The position numbers and the translations under genes are program-made. A DNA stretch of 64,000 nucleotides from Veleropilina oligotropha (lineage: Eukaryota), in the NCBI GenBank assembly GCA_048128005.1, contig JBEUKZ010000109.1, positions 62,001 through 126,000 of the forward strand, written 5' to 3'. The notes under the pieces were generated by a model. The model was not told where the DNA came from and did not search any database. It was given only the letters and a program-made list of their open reading frames with translations. This document shows positions 14,452-24,252 of the stretch, piece after piece (position 1 is the stretch's first letter; each line of letters opens with the position of its first letter).

Positions 14452-15360
14452 CGGCACGTCGATTTACCCCAATCGACCCCAATCGAACCCCAATCGACCC
14501 CAATCGAACCCCAATCGACCCCATGTCAACTATAATATACATCCATAATGTGCACATTATGATTTATTTAATTATATTAGGCCCAATTGCAATTGCGTAC
14601 ATCGTTTTTTAGTTCGCGGAAGTCGGGATCACAAATATTGAATTCGCGAAACGGTTCTAATTACACGAACTAAATCCAACTGGTAGCATGCAAATATGAT
14701 AAACAATACAAATATATAATGAATTATGTTATCTTTATTTTGTAATAATTATTTTTATTGCGCTAAATAGTGTCCTTGTCGGTTCCGTTGTGTGCGCAAA
14801 TCTACTTAACTATCAACAAAGTTTAGTTCAAGCAAGTTGCTTAATGTTATGCGATTGTTTTGACTGGAGTTCGACCGTTGGAGATGTGCCAACCTCTGAT
14901 CTCGAAACCGAGCCTTATATGGCGTATGCCGACGAGCACAAAGTATGAGGAAGCAGAAAGTGAACCTTTGATCTTATAGTAATACAAATGAATGCCCGAT
15001 CAGGGCTTGAAGCCGCGTCATGGGCAAATATATAAGACATGGAGGTTTTAGTAGTTTTCTACACAACAGTCTAAATATAGCAACGCAGAAAGTAACTGCG
15101 GAATTCAACATTTGCGCTCCCGACTTCGACGGACTCAAAAACGAAGTACGCAATTGCAATTAAGCCTAAAATATTAATATAATTCATATTATTTACATTT
15201 AATATCGATGTATATTATAGTTGATATAGGTACGTTGCTGCATACTTGAGGTCGATTGGGGTTCGATTGGGGTCGATTGGGGTTCGATTGGGGTTCGATT
15301 GGGTTCGATTGGGGTCGATTGGGTTCGATTGGGGTCGATTGGGGTAAATCGACGCACCCG
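14452..15360. mobile_element. Foldback/MITE with long TIRs containing ccccaatcga tandem repeats
   Basis: cgtcgatttacccc(aatcgacccc)n is mirrored at 15250-15360, with further mirrored blocks inward. TSD gctcgga at 14445-14451 and 15361-15367. Confidence 0.85.
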
Positions 15361-18300
15361 GCTCGGATCCAGGAATTTTGCTTAGGGGGGCGCTGAATTT
15401 ACTATCAACTGTTGGCGTGGGGGCGGGGCCCCACGCAAAAGAAAATTTTGACAGTCAACAGCCTGAAACCCCGTCTCCTGCTGTGGCGAACCGGAGCGGT
15501 CTCACAACGCCGCCTGTATGTTACCAAACATTAATTCAGACACGCAGTAGTCTCCCGTAACCGACAACTCGACAGATGTAAGGTAGCGTGCCCCAACTGT
15601 CGGTCACGTTAAACCACTCCAAGGCTGACTACAACAACAAGGCCAACTGGTTCCACCCATAATTCGTCTCATAGAGTAGCGATAGTAACGTTTACCAATA
15701 ATCTGTAAAGAGGAGCCAATGTATCATAGAATATTTAGTTATTAAACTGCCACCACCAGAGTACATAGACACACTCAGTCCAGATTAAACATGAAAACGG
15801 CGCCACATGGATTCCTTACGAAAATATATCGCGTATGAAATTGTGTGTTGTGACGGTCAATACTCTCAAATTTAAGATGAACACAACGTCTTTTCCCGAC
15901 GTAAACTTTGCTTCGCTCAAACCGTTATATATTCCAATCAACAACAGATATCCAGAAACTAATATATTCGTTTATTAACCCTTTTTCATTACGCAACAAG
16001 CGTTGACAAGATCACAATTTTATATAATTTCACTTGATGGTATGTATAATTTATAGTGATGTAACAATTTGACATAATAAGCTTTAGTTAATGATTGAAT
16101 TGCAACATTACAGCAGGAATAATTTGGTATAAACAGAACGATAACAAGGTTTGAGTGCAACACTTTGTGACCGGAAATCGAATAGCGATTAAACTTTGAA
16201 AAGTATTTAAATACAAAATACGGGGAGAAAACATAGTTAATACCTCGACGGATAAATTTACAAAAATGACTCTAGTAATAATTAAAGTTGAACCATGTCA
16301 ACTAGCAAAACTGCATATGTGAATCTTGAGTTATATCATAAAACCCGATAACATGCATCCGAGGCCGAAAATGTCCATAGACATAAACAAACACGAACAC
16401 GACGTTGTCATCGCAATGACGATCGTTCTTCTAACGATCTTCGTCATTTAACAACCCTCACCACCAGAGTAGAAGTCGATATATGCGATTAGAGGCGTAT
16501 TTTAGCACTCAGTTCGGATCGACAACTCGCAGAGGTATAGCGTACATGACTTTACGCACAAAGACACAAGATTCACATCATAAAAATTAGAGTCTTAGAA
16601 TAGAAAGAAATACATCCCTGCGTAATGAACTTAAGAACGAAAATGCATAATTAGCACTCAATAATTATATTACGTTTAACCGTTATAATAAGTTTATCGT
16701 ATCGCGAGTAAAAAATAGTCATGTTACCATTAACCAGTAATTAAAGTTACCTCGCTAAAAGAATGTAAAAATCACAAAGTGTTAACATTGGCATCAGTTA
16801 ACAATTTAACTTATAGCAGTGTCATACATAATAATCTACGAATAATAAGTTGAAGCTAAACATGCCATTTGACCAAGGCGGATACATAGAGAATACTACA
16901 CTGATTCTCGACACGTACCGTTTGTATCTCACGAGTGCACGTATCCAGGTATCTTACCGAGCGAAAGCGAGGTAAGATACCTGGATACGTGCACGAGTGA
17001 GATACAAACGGTACGTGTCGAGAATCAGTGTAGTATTTTATTTATTACCCATGCATTTATTGCGTTATATATGCATTTTATTTGCTTTTATCGGCCCATA
17101 TTCGAGATTTCAAATTGTTTAGCCGCGGATGAATTTTATTCCTGATTACTGTAAATAGCCTCTTTACTCTATAGCCACACGCTATAACAAATAGATCGTA
17201 TTAAAAGTTCATTCTAATTTATTTTAATGAAACTAAGAAACAAGATAACATCAGGCAACAATAAGAACTGTTTAATATACGATCGTTTTACTGAATATTA
17301 CTCATCTCATTAATATATTTACGTTATTCTAAAAATAAGTCCGTTGACCTGGATACGTGCACGAGTGAGAACACGCGGCGAAATCTTAATTTGCATATGC
17401 CTCGTGGATGGATTGTTGCCAAGTTTGCACTCGGGGAAGAATTTCGTTGCCACCGTCAACATCTGGTCTCGGGCGTTTTGGTGTCGACGGCCCACTGACG
17501 ATGTTTATATTAATCGTGCCGCCGTATATTGGTGCCGAGAATATGGAACTCAGGAAATCACACCGACTCGACCGCGAATTCGAAATGGTATTAATATTAA
17601 CAGATTGGGGAACCACGTCTACACAACGAGAATCGTGCGACCCGGAACTACCGGTACTGATGATGTCGCTGAGCTGACGATGTTGTAATGTGGAGATGCT
17701 ACTATAATTATTGACACTTTGTATGTTTTTATGGTGCAGATTGGATTTGCGAGGAAACAGTTTCCGGAATAACGGCAAGTCTATAGCGTGCAACTTGTTT
17801 AATTTTACCATCGAATGTCTTCACATTATACATATTGAACGTTCCTCCCGGTTGAACAATGGACATTACGCGTCCCGTCACTTGCCCGTCAATTTTCACG
17901 CATTCATTCACACGAATCGATTTAGGTGCATCCATATTGAAACAACGGTCCGAAACAACACGAAGCAGACGACACTCTTTGATGTAAAGTATTTTATAAT
18001 TATATTTATCATGTTTTTATTTATAAATATAGTTACAAACATACTTACGTCCTTACTCTTGCCATAATAGTATATTATCGCCCAAACCGGAAATGGTGAA
18101 TATGTCCCATAATGCACCGTTATAAGCCAAAAAAGCACACGGTTACCTCCCCTGCTCCTACCCCCCACGTTCCCTAGCGAGACTTCGCCAAGTCTCGTGA
18201 GACTTCTGAACAATAGAAGTCACATGACATCAATTCAAAGTTTTCCGCTGCCGCGGAAAGACGTTGTTTTTGCTCCGCAAATATTTCGATATAGGCGCCC

Positions 18301-19023
18301 GATTTCACGTTAAATCAGGGCGCAGTTTCTACTTATATAGTATATAAGTAGTGGAATATAACAGTGTTGTGGATATAAAACACATGTGAATATAAGAAGA
18401 GTGATTCTCAAAACTTCGAGGAAGTTCTGGACATCAAAGGAAACAGACATCGTCGTCAAGGACGCCAGTGGCCATTAAAGATGGCCGCTTAGAGGGAAAG
18501 TTTCGAGTGGTAGCTGAAATTTCTGGTCTGTATAATTATCTGATATTGTTTGAGACTGCAAAACAGGTAACTCATTACATTGGATAATTCCTTAACAACG
18601 CTATTTGCTGGTTATTTATTATATATAAAATTTTCTAGCGTTGTTAAAAGGTAGGATCTTTTGATATTAAGCTTGCGTTAATTTTCTGATATCCTGCCGT
18701 TGCTGGGATAATACGCCATTGTACTAACTTAAAACATCCACGAGGTTTTCAGGTGTTTTTCTGGGCGGGTTTTTTCGAGGAAAGAACCCCCCTTTGTTTT
18801 AGTCAATTTGCCGGGTTACCGGGTCGGTCGGGTAAAATACCCGACCTCGGTGTTCCCAGTTCGGGGTTCTAATAACGGTATATCGCTTGATCTCTAATCT
18901 TCAGATCAGGACAATTCTGTGAGTTGTCGTAGTACTCCCTCCAAGGAAAGAAGTCTCAACTACCATATATATACCTATTTAGCTACCCCGTCTACCCACG
19001 TCCACCCTCCCGTGTATTTAGCT

Positions 19024-21267
19024 ATGGTCCGGTGCAGTAGCTCCGGGTGTAACCAGAAAATTCACGCATTTGATAGGCACAAGGAATGTTGTAAACACCG
19101 TAGCTGTAGTATACATCATCAATGTGATCTGTGCTTTCTTCTATCAGATAAGCAGTGGGCAACCCTGTCTCACCACGGTAAGTCGACCAGGGCGACTGCC
19201 ACGGTGGGTCCTCCCGTGGAGAAGGGTCATGAAGAGACCGGTAAGTTACCTAACGTTTCTTCTTTGTCTGCTTCAGGGACGCTGGACGACAGCCGACAGA
19301 CGTCTGTCGCCGGATCCACCGGCGAAACCTCCGCGACTCTTGGGAGAGTCACCGAAACCTTGCCGGTACCCCAGATTCAGGTAAAGACCCGAGTGTCGAC
19401 CGTTCCTCCACAACTGGGCCTAGTAACTGCAGTCAGCCATACCTTGCCGGCTAGCAAGGTATACATGACAGCGCAGCGAACAGCTGAACAGGGCAGACTA
19501 TCCCCATCCTTTTCTTCGGCCTCGAAGAATAAGGGGACAGTTAGTCCTTCTGCGGGAAACTCACCGTCTTCCTACGGTGACAGACCCAATGCAGAGAAAG
19601 CCTTTAAAGAGGCCGGGCACCTACTTGTAGGTCTAAGACTCGGACAATCGGCGAAACCTGAATCCTCGGTCGAGAACGATGCGACTTCCCCTAGGGGTTT
19701 TCCGCTCAACCTCGAAGCTCACGAGACATTCAGAGGGCCCGGTCTCTCCCGTGCACCCACCGTGGTCACGCTAGAGAACGTGGACAGACCGGCTGCGTTC
19801 GGGACGGGGTTCTACGGCGGTTTTCCGTCCGTGCCTCGCTCGAACAGAGTGGTAGACCGATCAGAACTGTTGCCGCAGTCCTATCGGTCGTCCGGCCCAC
19901 TGACTGCGCCTCCGGGCCAGTCCTTCGGGTTCGACCCCTCGACAAGTGCCCGTGGACCCTGGTCCTCGGTTCGACCTGTCAATGCAGCCCGTCTACCTAG
20001 CGCCACGGTTACCTCGACAGAACTACCGGCTGTTAGTTCGTCGCCCGTCCTGCCTCCGGGTTTCTCTTTTGAGAACGTCCAGGCATGGATCGCGGCGGGG
20101 ATCGAGGAACGGTGTAAGGCCTGGCCGACGGCTCCCGAGCCGCACCTGGTACCTACACTTCTGCCCATGGCGCAGAGCACGGCTCCTGCCTCAGTGATAG
20201 ACATCGACCCTCGTTCCAACGAGGATCTCTGTTCAAATCACTCCGACCTCCCTGAATCGGTCGGGTCCGAAGACATTAGTCTTACAGGCACGCAGGAGCC
20301 GACCTCCTCCACCCGCCGAAGGCTCGACGCTGTTGCGTCACTTCGCGGGGTGCTTGGCTTGTCGGAACCGACTCGGTCGGCTGTAGACGTAGCCAAGCAT
20401 AGGACGGCAGCACATCGGTTTGTTGCGAGGGAAGCCCCCGAGCTCCCCTCCTTACCTCAGTCCGGGCTGGTGGATCTTGTTGTAGACTCGATCACCAAGC
20501 TCGTTCAGGGGCGCAATCCGGTGGAGTCCTCCCCGCTGAACGAGTTCCCTTCGGGGTTCCGTAGTGGGAGGTACCTCCGGGCCAGTACTCGAGCGATCCC
20601 GTTCGAATGCACTGGCCCGTGCCTGGCGACTGAGCCGGCTCGTGTTGACGCTTCGTTGCGTCGACTGACCGCCAGTCACCCTCCCTCCGTAGCGAAAGTT
20701 CCTTGGTCCGCCTTGGAAGCTTTCGAGAGCTCCGCCCGACGGGCTCTGCGGCTATCGTCCGTTCAGGATTTTTTCCTAGACGGTGCGATAGCCGTATTAC
20801 AGGAGAATGGACCCGGCGCCACCGAGGCTGCCCTGTCCTTCCTCCAGGAGGTTGCTGCCACGCAGGAGACCAGCGCGTTGGAGACGGGACGTGTCCTGGG
20901 CAATGCCCTCCTACTTCGTAGGGATGCTTGCCTGGAAGGTACCTCGCTGGACGAGCCCACCCGGCGCTCGTTGCGATGCGTACCTTGCTCGGCCACCACT
21001 CTCTTTGGTGACAACTTCACGGAGTTTGTTGACAAGAGAGCGGCGGACATTAAGGACCGTGCCATCGAGAAGGCAGTACTGCTCCCCACCCGGGGTCCAC
21101 CTGCCAACTCGAAGAAGCGCTCCGGGCCCACCCCGGCCCCGAAGCCTTCTAAGCGTGCGAAGCCCTCTTCGGGTGGTAGGCCTCCGGCCAATAAACCCAC
21201 TCCAAAGAGGCGAGCACCTCCAGCGAAATCCCGCAAGCAGAGCGGGATAGGGAAGCCTCGGCCCTAG
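19024..21267 (+). CDS. DIRS gag-like ORF1 (copy 1)
   Basis: ATG at 19024 aligns with the starts of copies 2 and 3. N-terminal Cys/His zinc finger, conserved LLRRDACL..LFG block and basic C-terminus. Confidence 0.9.
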   Translation: MVRCSSSGCNQKIHAFDRHKECCKHRSCSIHHQCDLCFLLSDKQWATLSHHGKSTRATATVGPPVEKGHEETGKLPNVSSLSASGTLDDSRQTSVAGSTGETSATLGRVTETLPVPQIQVKTRVSTVPPQLGLVTAVSHTLPASKVYMTAQRTAEQGRLSPSFSSASKNKGTVSPSAGNSPSSYGDRPNAEKAFKEAGHLLVGLRLGQSAKPESSVENDATSPRGFPLNLEAHETFRGPGLSRAPTVVTLENVDRPAAFGTGFYGGFPSVPRSNRVVDRSELLPQSYRSSGPLTAPPGQSFGFDPSTSARGPWSSVRPVNAARLPSATVTSTELPAVSSSPVLPPGFSFENVQAWIAAGIEERCKAWPTAPEPHLVPTLLPMAQSTAPASVIDIDPRSNEDLCSNHSDLPESVGSEDISLTGTQEPTSSTRRRLDAVASLRGVLGLSEPTRSAVDVAKHRTAAHRFVAREAPELPSLPQSGLVDLVVDSITKLVQGRNPVESSPLNEFPSGFRSGRYLRASTRAIPFECTGPCLATEPARVDASLRRLTASHPPSVAKVPWSALEAFESSARRALRLSSVQDFFLDGAIAVLQENGPGATEAALSFLQEVAATQETSALETGRVLGNALLLRRDACLEGTSLDEPTRRSLRCVPCSATTLFGDNFTEFVDKRAADIKDRAIEKAVLLPTRGPPANSKKRSGPTPAPKPSKRAKPSSGGRPPANKPTPKRRAPPAKSRKQSGIGKPRP

Positions 21268-23341
21268 GGCTGCCGGCATTCGCGACGGCCCCAGTTGCCC
21301 GCTCCCGCCGGTGGGAGCGTGCCTGTTAGCACACAGCCAGCCCTGGCTAGAGCTGACAGACAGCAACTGGGTCCACTTAGTCGTGAGTGCCGGATACAAG
21401 TTGGCATTCAACCGGCATCCGACCCTAACCGAGGCACCACCAACAAGACACGCTCGCCTCCTAAACGGAGAGAAACAAGCGGTCTTAGACCAGGCAGTGC
21501 GGGATTTGCTCCTAAAAAGAGCGATATATCCCGCGCCGCCCAGCACACCAGGATTTTACAGCCATTTCTTCCTGGTCCCGAAACCCGATGGCCGCTGGAG
21601 ACCGATCCTCGATCTCTCGTACCTAAACCTATATCTTCGTACCGAGAAATTCCAGCAAGAAACCCTCTCGAAGATTCGAGCGGCCATCCGTCCGGGCGAC
21701 TGGGCAGCGTCTATCGATCTCGCCGACGCGTATCTGCATGTCCCGATGCATATCACGGCTCATCAGTACCTTCGGTTTATACACGGGGAGACGATCTACC
21801 AATTCAGGTGCCTACCGTTCGGTCTATCGTCAGCCCCGTACGTCTTCACGAGAACAGTACAGGCCCTGGGGGCCTTCCTACACTCTCTAGGGCACAGGGT
21901 ACATATGTACCTCGACGACTGGCTGATCCTCGGGGCGTCCCGAGATCTGTGCCTCCGGTCTACGAGCTTTACCCTGTCATCGACGAAGCGCCTGGGATTT
22001 CAGATCAACGAGACAAAATCCTGCTTCGTGCCCTCGACGACGTTTACGTTCCTCGGAGTCGACTTCGATACGGTCCGGTACACCGCGAAGCCGACCCAGA
22101 AGCGTATGCGGAACCTACGCACGGTTATCCAAGACACCCTGTCATCGGACATAACTACGGCGCGACAACTGGCCACTGTCCTGGGGCACATCGAGTCGGT
22201 AGCGCCCCTGCTACCGACGGGTCGCATGGACAAAAGACCGTTACAACAGGCTTTCAGGGATCGCTGGATACAACGGACGGGGCAGTGGAAGGATCGCATC
22301 GATCTACGGCATTGGTTTACCGACACGACAGCAGTGTGGTTGAACCCCGCTTTGCCGGACCAGTCGGTTCCTATATCCCCACCAGAGCCGAACGCTTACC
22401 TGTTCACAGACGCTTCGAACGACGGCTGGGGTGGTCACCTCGACAGTTACGAGACATCAGGCCTATGGCCGACAGACCTTCAGGGACGACATATCAACTT
22501 CCTAGAGTTAGAAGCCGTCTTCCTGTCAGTACGGTCCCTCTCGTCACATCTCCGCAACAAGCATATAATGCTCGCCACGGACAACACGACTGTCGTCGCT
22601 TACATACAGCACCAGGGCGGTACACGCTCGCGTCCCCTATGCGACCGAGCAATAGACCTACACCGCTTAGTGATGTCCCTCAACTCGACGATTCGAGCCC
22701 GACACATCCCGGGAAAGCTGAATGTCAGAGCGGATTCGCTCTCTCGGAGATCACAGATTATACACACAGAGTGGACGCTACACAGCCGAGTAGCTCGGGA
22801 TGTTTGCCGCCGGTGGTCGCAACCCCAAGTCGACTTGTTTGCAACAGAATTCAATTACCGACTACCTCTGTATGTCTCCCCGTACCCAGACCCGGCCGCC
22901 CTGGCGGTCGACGCAATGTCAATGACATGGGAGAATCTGTCCGCGTATGCCTTCCCCCCGACGTGCATTCTATCACTGGTATTACAGAAGGCAGCGACCG
23001 AACGTTGCGAGATAACGCTAATAGCGCCCCTTTATCGCACGCAACCTTGGTTTCCGACCCTCCTCGATCTGATCGTCGATCGACCGTTAGCGTTACCGCA
23101 GAAACTAGACCTGTTAATGCAACCACGCACCCGTGTACTCCACGAGTCGCCGAACCACTTACGTTTACACGCCTGGCGGTTATCGAACGATCCCTTGCTA
23201 AGAAAGGATTTTCTAAAGCTACAGCCTTACGTATCTATCGATCGAGAAGGATTTCCACTACAAAAGTCTATGACTACCGATGGGTTAAGTACGTGGATTG
23301 GTGTCACAGCAGGCAGATCAATATACTCCGTCCCCCTGTGA
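21263..23341 (+). CDS. DIRS reverse transcriptase-RNase H-adenine methyltransferase-like ORF (copy 1); start undefined
   Basis: RT motifs FLVPKPDGRWRPILDL, SIDLADAY, LPFGLSSAP and YLDD. RNase H motifs FTDAS, HINFLELEA, TDN and NVRAD. Methyltransferase-like VDLFA...YAFPP. Confidence 0.93.
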   Translation, partial: PRAAGIRDGPSCPLPPVGACLLAHSQPWLELTDSNWVHLVVSAGYKLAFNRHPTLTEAPPTRHARLLNGEKQAVLDQAVRDLLLKRAIYPAPPSTPGFYSHFFLVPKPDGRWRPILDLSYLNLYLRTEKFQQETLSKIRAAIRPGDWAASIDLADAYLHVPMHITAHQYLRFIHGETIYQFRCLPFGLSSAPYVFTRTVQALGAFLHSLGHRVHMYLDDWLILGASRDLCLRSTSFTLSSTKRLGFQINETKSCFVPSTTFTFLGVDFDTVRYTAKPTQKRMRNLRTVIQDTLSSDITTARQLATVLGHIESVAPLLPTGRMDKRPLQQAFRDRWIQRTGQWKDRIDLRHWFTDTTAVWLNPALPDQSVPISPPEPNAYLFTDASNDGWGGHLDSYETSGLWPTDLQGRHINFLELEAVFLSVRSLSSHLRNKHIMLATDNTTVVAYIQHQGGTRSRPLCDRAIDLHRLVMSLNSTIRARHIPGKLNVRADSLSRRSQIIHTEWTLHSRVARDVCRRWSQPQVDLFATEFNYRLPLYVSPYPDPAALAVDAMSMTWENLSAYAFPPTCILSLVLQKAATERCEITLIAPLYRTQPWFPTLLDLIVDRPLALPQKLDLLMQPRTRVLHESPNHLRLHAWRLSNDPLLRKDFLKLQPYVSIDREGFPLQKSMTTDGLSTWIGVTAGRSIYSVPL

Positions 23342-24252
23342 ACAAGTTTATCGAGTTTTTATCGTCGCTCTTCGACCGCGGTATGTCAGTGTCCGCCGTC
23401 AAAGGTTATCGGGCAACGATCGCGACCACGCTAAAGCAGTGTCGTGCCCATGCTGGCCTATCAAGCGACCGAACGATATCAGATTTTATACGATCTTATG
23501 AACTCGAGATACCGACCCGAAGAATTAAGCCACCTGCCTGGAATATAGTACTTATTCTTAACGCATTACTCTTACCACCGTATGAGCCGATGTCCGAGAT
23601 AACCATGAGGAACTTGACGCACAAAACAGTTTTTCTGATCGCCTTAGCGTCGGGCAGGCGTTGTTCCGAGATTCATGCTTTCTCCGCCGAGCTAAGAGAC
23701 ATACGATTCCAGTCAGACGGGTCGGTGATATTGCGTCCCATTCTGGGCTTCTTAGCCAAGAACCAGCGGCCGAACGAGGACGCACCCGAGGTTGTTATTC
23801 CCAAGCTAACGCTAGTCGGAAGGCGCGATGCAGACCGCTTCAATTGCCCGGTCCGGGCGCTTCGATTCTACCTAGACAGAACCCGTGAGTTGCGACAGGG
23901 AAAATTACGTTTATTCATATCGTATTTGCCCACCTACACCCGCGACATTACGAGGACTACTGTTTCGCGGTGGATTTCACAAACTGTGAGAGATGTTTAC
24001 ATCCGTTGTGATGACGACGACCGAACTATTTTATCGGTCCGCGCACATGAGGTCCGGGCCATTGCAGCGTCTGTAGCCTTCCGACATAATTTAAATATCA
24101 ATGCGTTACTACAGGCCGGATATTGGAAAAACGCTAACGTGTTTGTCAAACATTATCTGCGCGACTACTCAACCGGGGCTGATGGCCTAAGCAGCTTACA
24201 CTGTGTTGCTGCACAACGGGTTATTGTTAGACCGAGGTCTTCTAATCAGTAA
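21268..24252 (+). CDS. DIRS tyrosine recombinase ORF with a long N-terminal region overlapping RT (copy 1); start undefined
   Basis: Catalytic pattern SGRRCSE...HEVRA...GYW...F.KHY. The frame is open from directly after the gag stop. Confidence 0.9.
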   Translation, partial: GCRHSRRPQLPAPAGGSVPVSTQPALARADRQQLGPLSRECRIQVGIQPASDPNRGTTNKTRSPPKRRETSGLRPGSAGFAPKKSDISRAAQHTRILQPFLPGPETRWPLETDPRSLVPKPISSYREIPARNPLEDSSGHPSGRLGSVYRSRRRVSACPDAYHGSSVPSVYTRGDDLPIQVPTVRSIVSPVRLHENSTGPGGLPTLSRAQGTYVPRRLADPRGVPRSVPPVYELYPVIDEAPGISDQRDKILLRALDDVYVPRSRLRYGPVHREADPEAYAEPTHGYPRHPVIGHNYGATTGHCPGAHRVGSAPATDGSHGQKTVTTGFQGSLDTTDGAVEGSHRSTALVYRHDSSVVEPRFAGPVGSYIPTRAERLPVHRRFERRLGWSPRQLRDIRPMADRPSGTTYQLPRVRSRLPVSTVPLVTSPQQAYNARHGQHDCRRLHTAPGRYTLASPMRPSNRPTPLSDVPQLDDSSPTHPGKAECQSGFALSEITDYTHRVDATQPSSSGCLPPVVATPSRLVCNRIQLPTTSVCLPVPRPGRPGGRRNVNDMGESVRVCLPPDVHSITGITEGSDRTLRDNANSAPLSHATLVSDPPRSDRRSTVSVTAETRPVNATTHPCTPRVAEPLTFTRLAVIERSLAKKGFSKATALRIYRSRRISTTKVYDYRWVKYVDWCHSRQINILRPPVNKFIEFLSSLFDRGMSVSAVKGYRATIATTLKQCRAHAGLSSDRTISDFIRSYELEIPTRRIKPPAWNIVLILNALLLPPYEPMSEITMRNLTHKTVFLIALASGRRCSEIHAFSAELRDIRFQSDGSVILRPILGFLAKNQRPNEDAPEVVIPKLTLVGRRDADRFNCPVRALRFYLDRTRELRQGKLRLFISYLPTYTRDITRTTVSRWISQTVRDVYIRCDDDDRTILSVRAHEVRAIAASVAFRHNLNINALLQAGYWKNANVFVKHYLRDYSTGADGLSSLHCVAAQRVIVRPRSSNQ

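Noticed and set aside
17908..18213. ORF MFRSLTRLG... duplicated at 25271-25501
   Set aside because: A by-product of the inverted terminal repeats, with a non-ATG start and no protein features.
19070..23888. Numerous short antisense and alternative-frame ORFs within the DIRS copies, LINE and Academ
   Set aside because: Shadow ORFs of GC-rich coding sequence with no recognisable motifs.
21311..24252. Bacterial retron, DGR or prophage integrase with a methylase
   Set aside because: The ITR/ICR structure, gag ORF and RT-RNaseH-MT plus recombinase layout are diagnostic of eukaryotic DIRS1-like elements.
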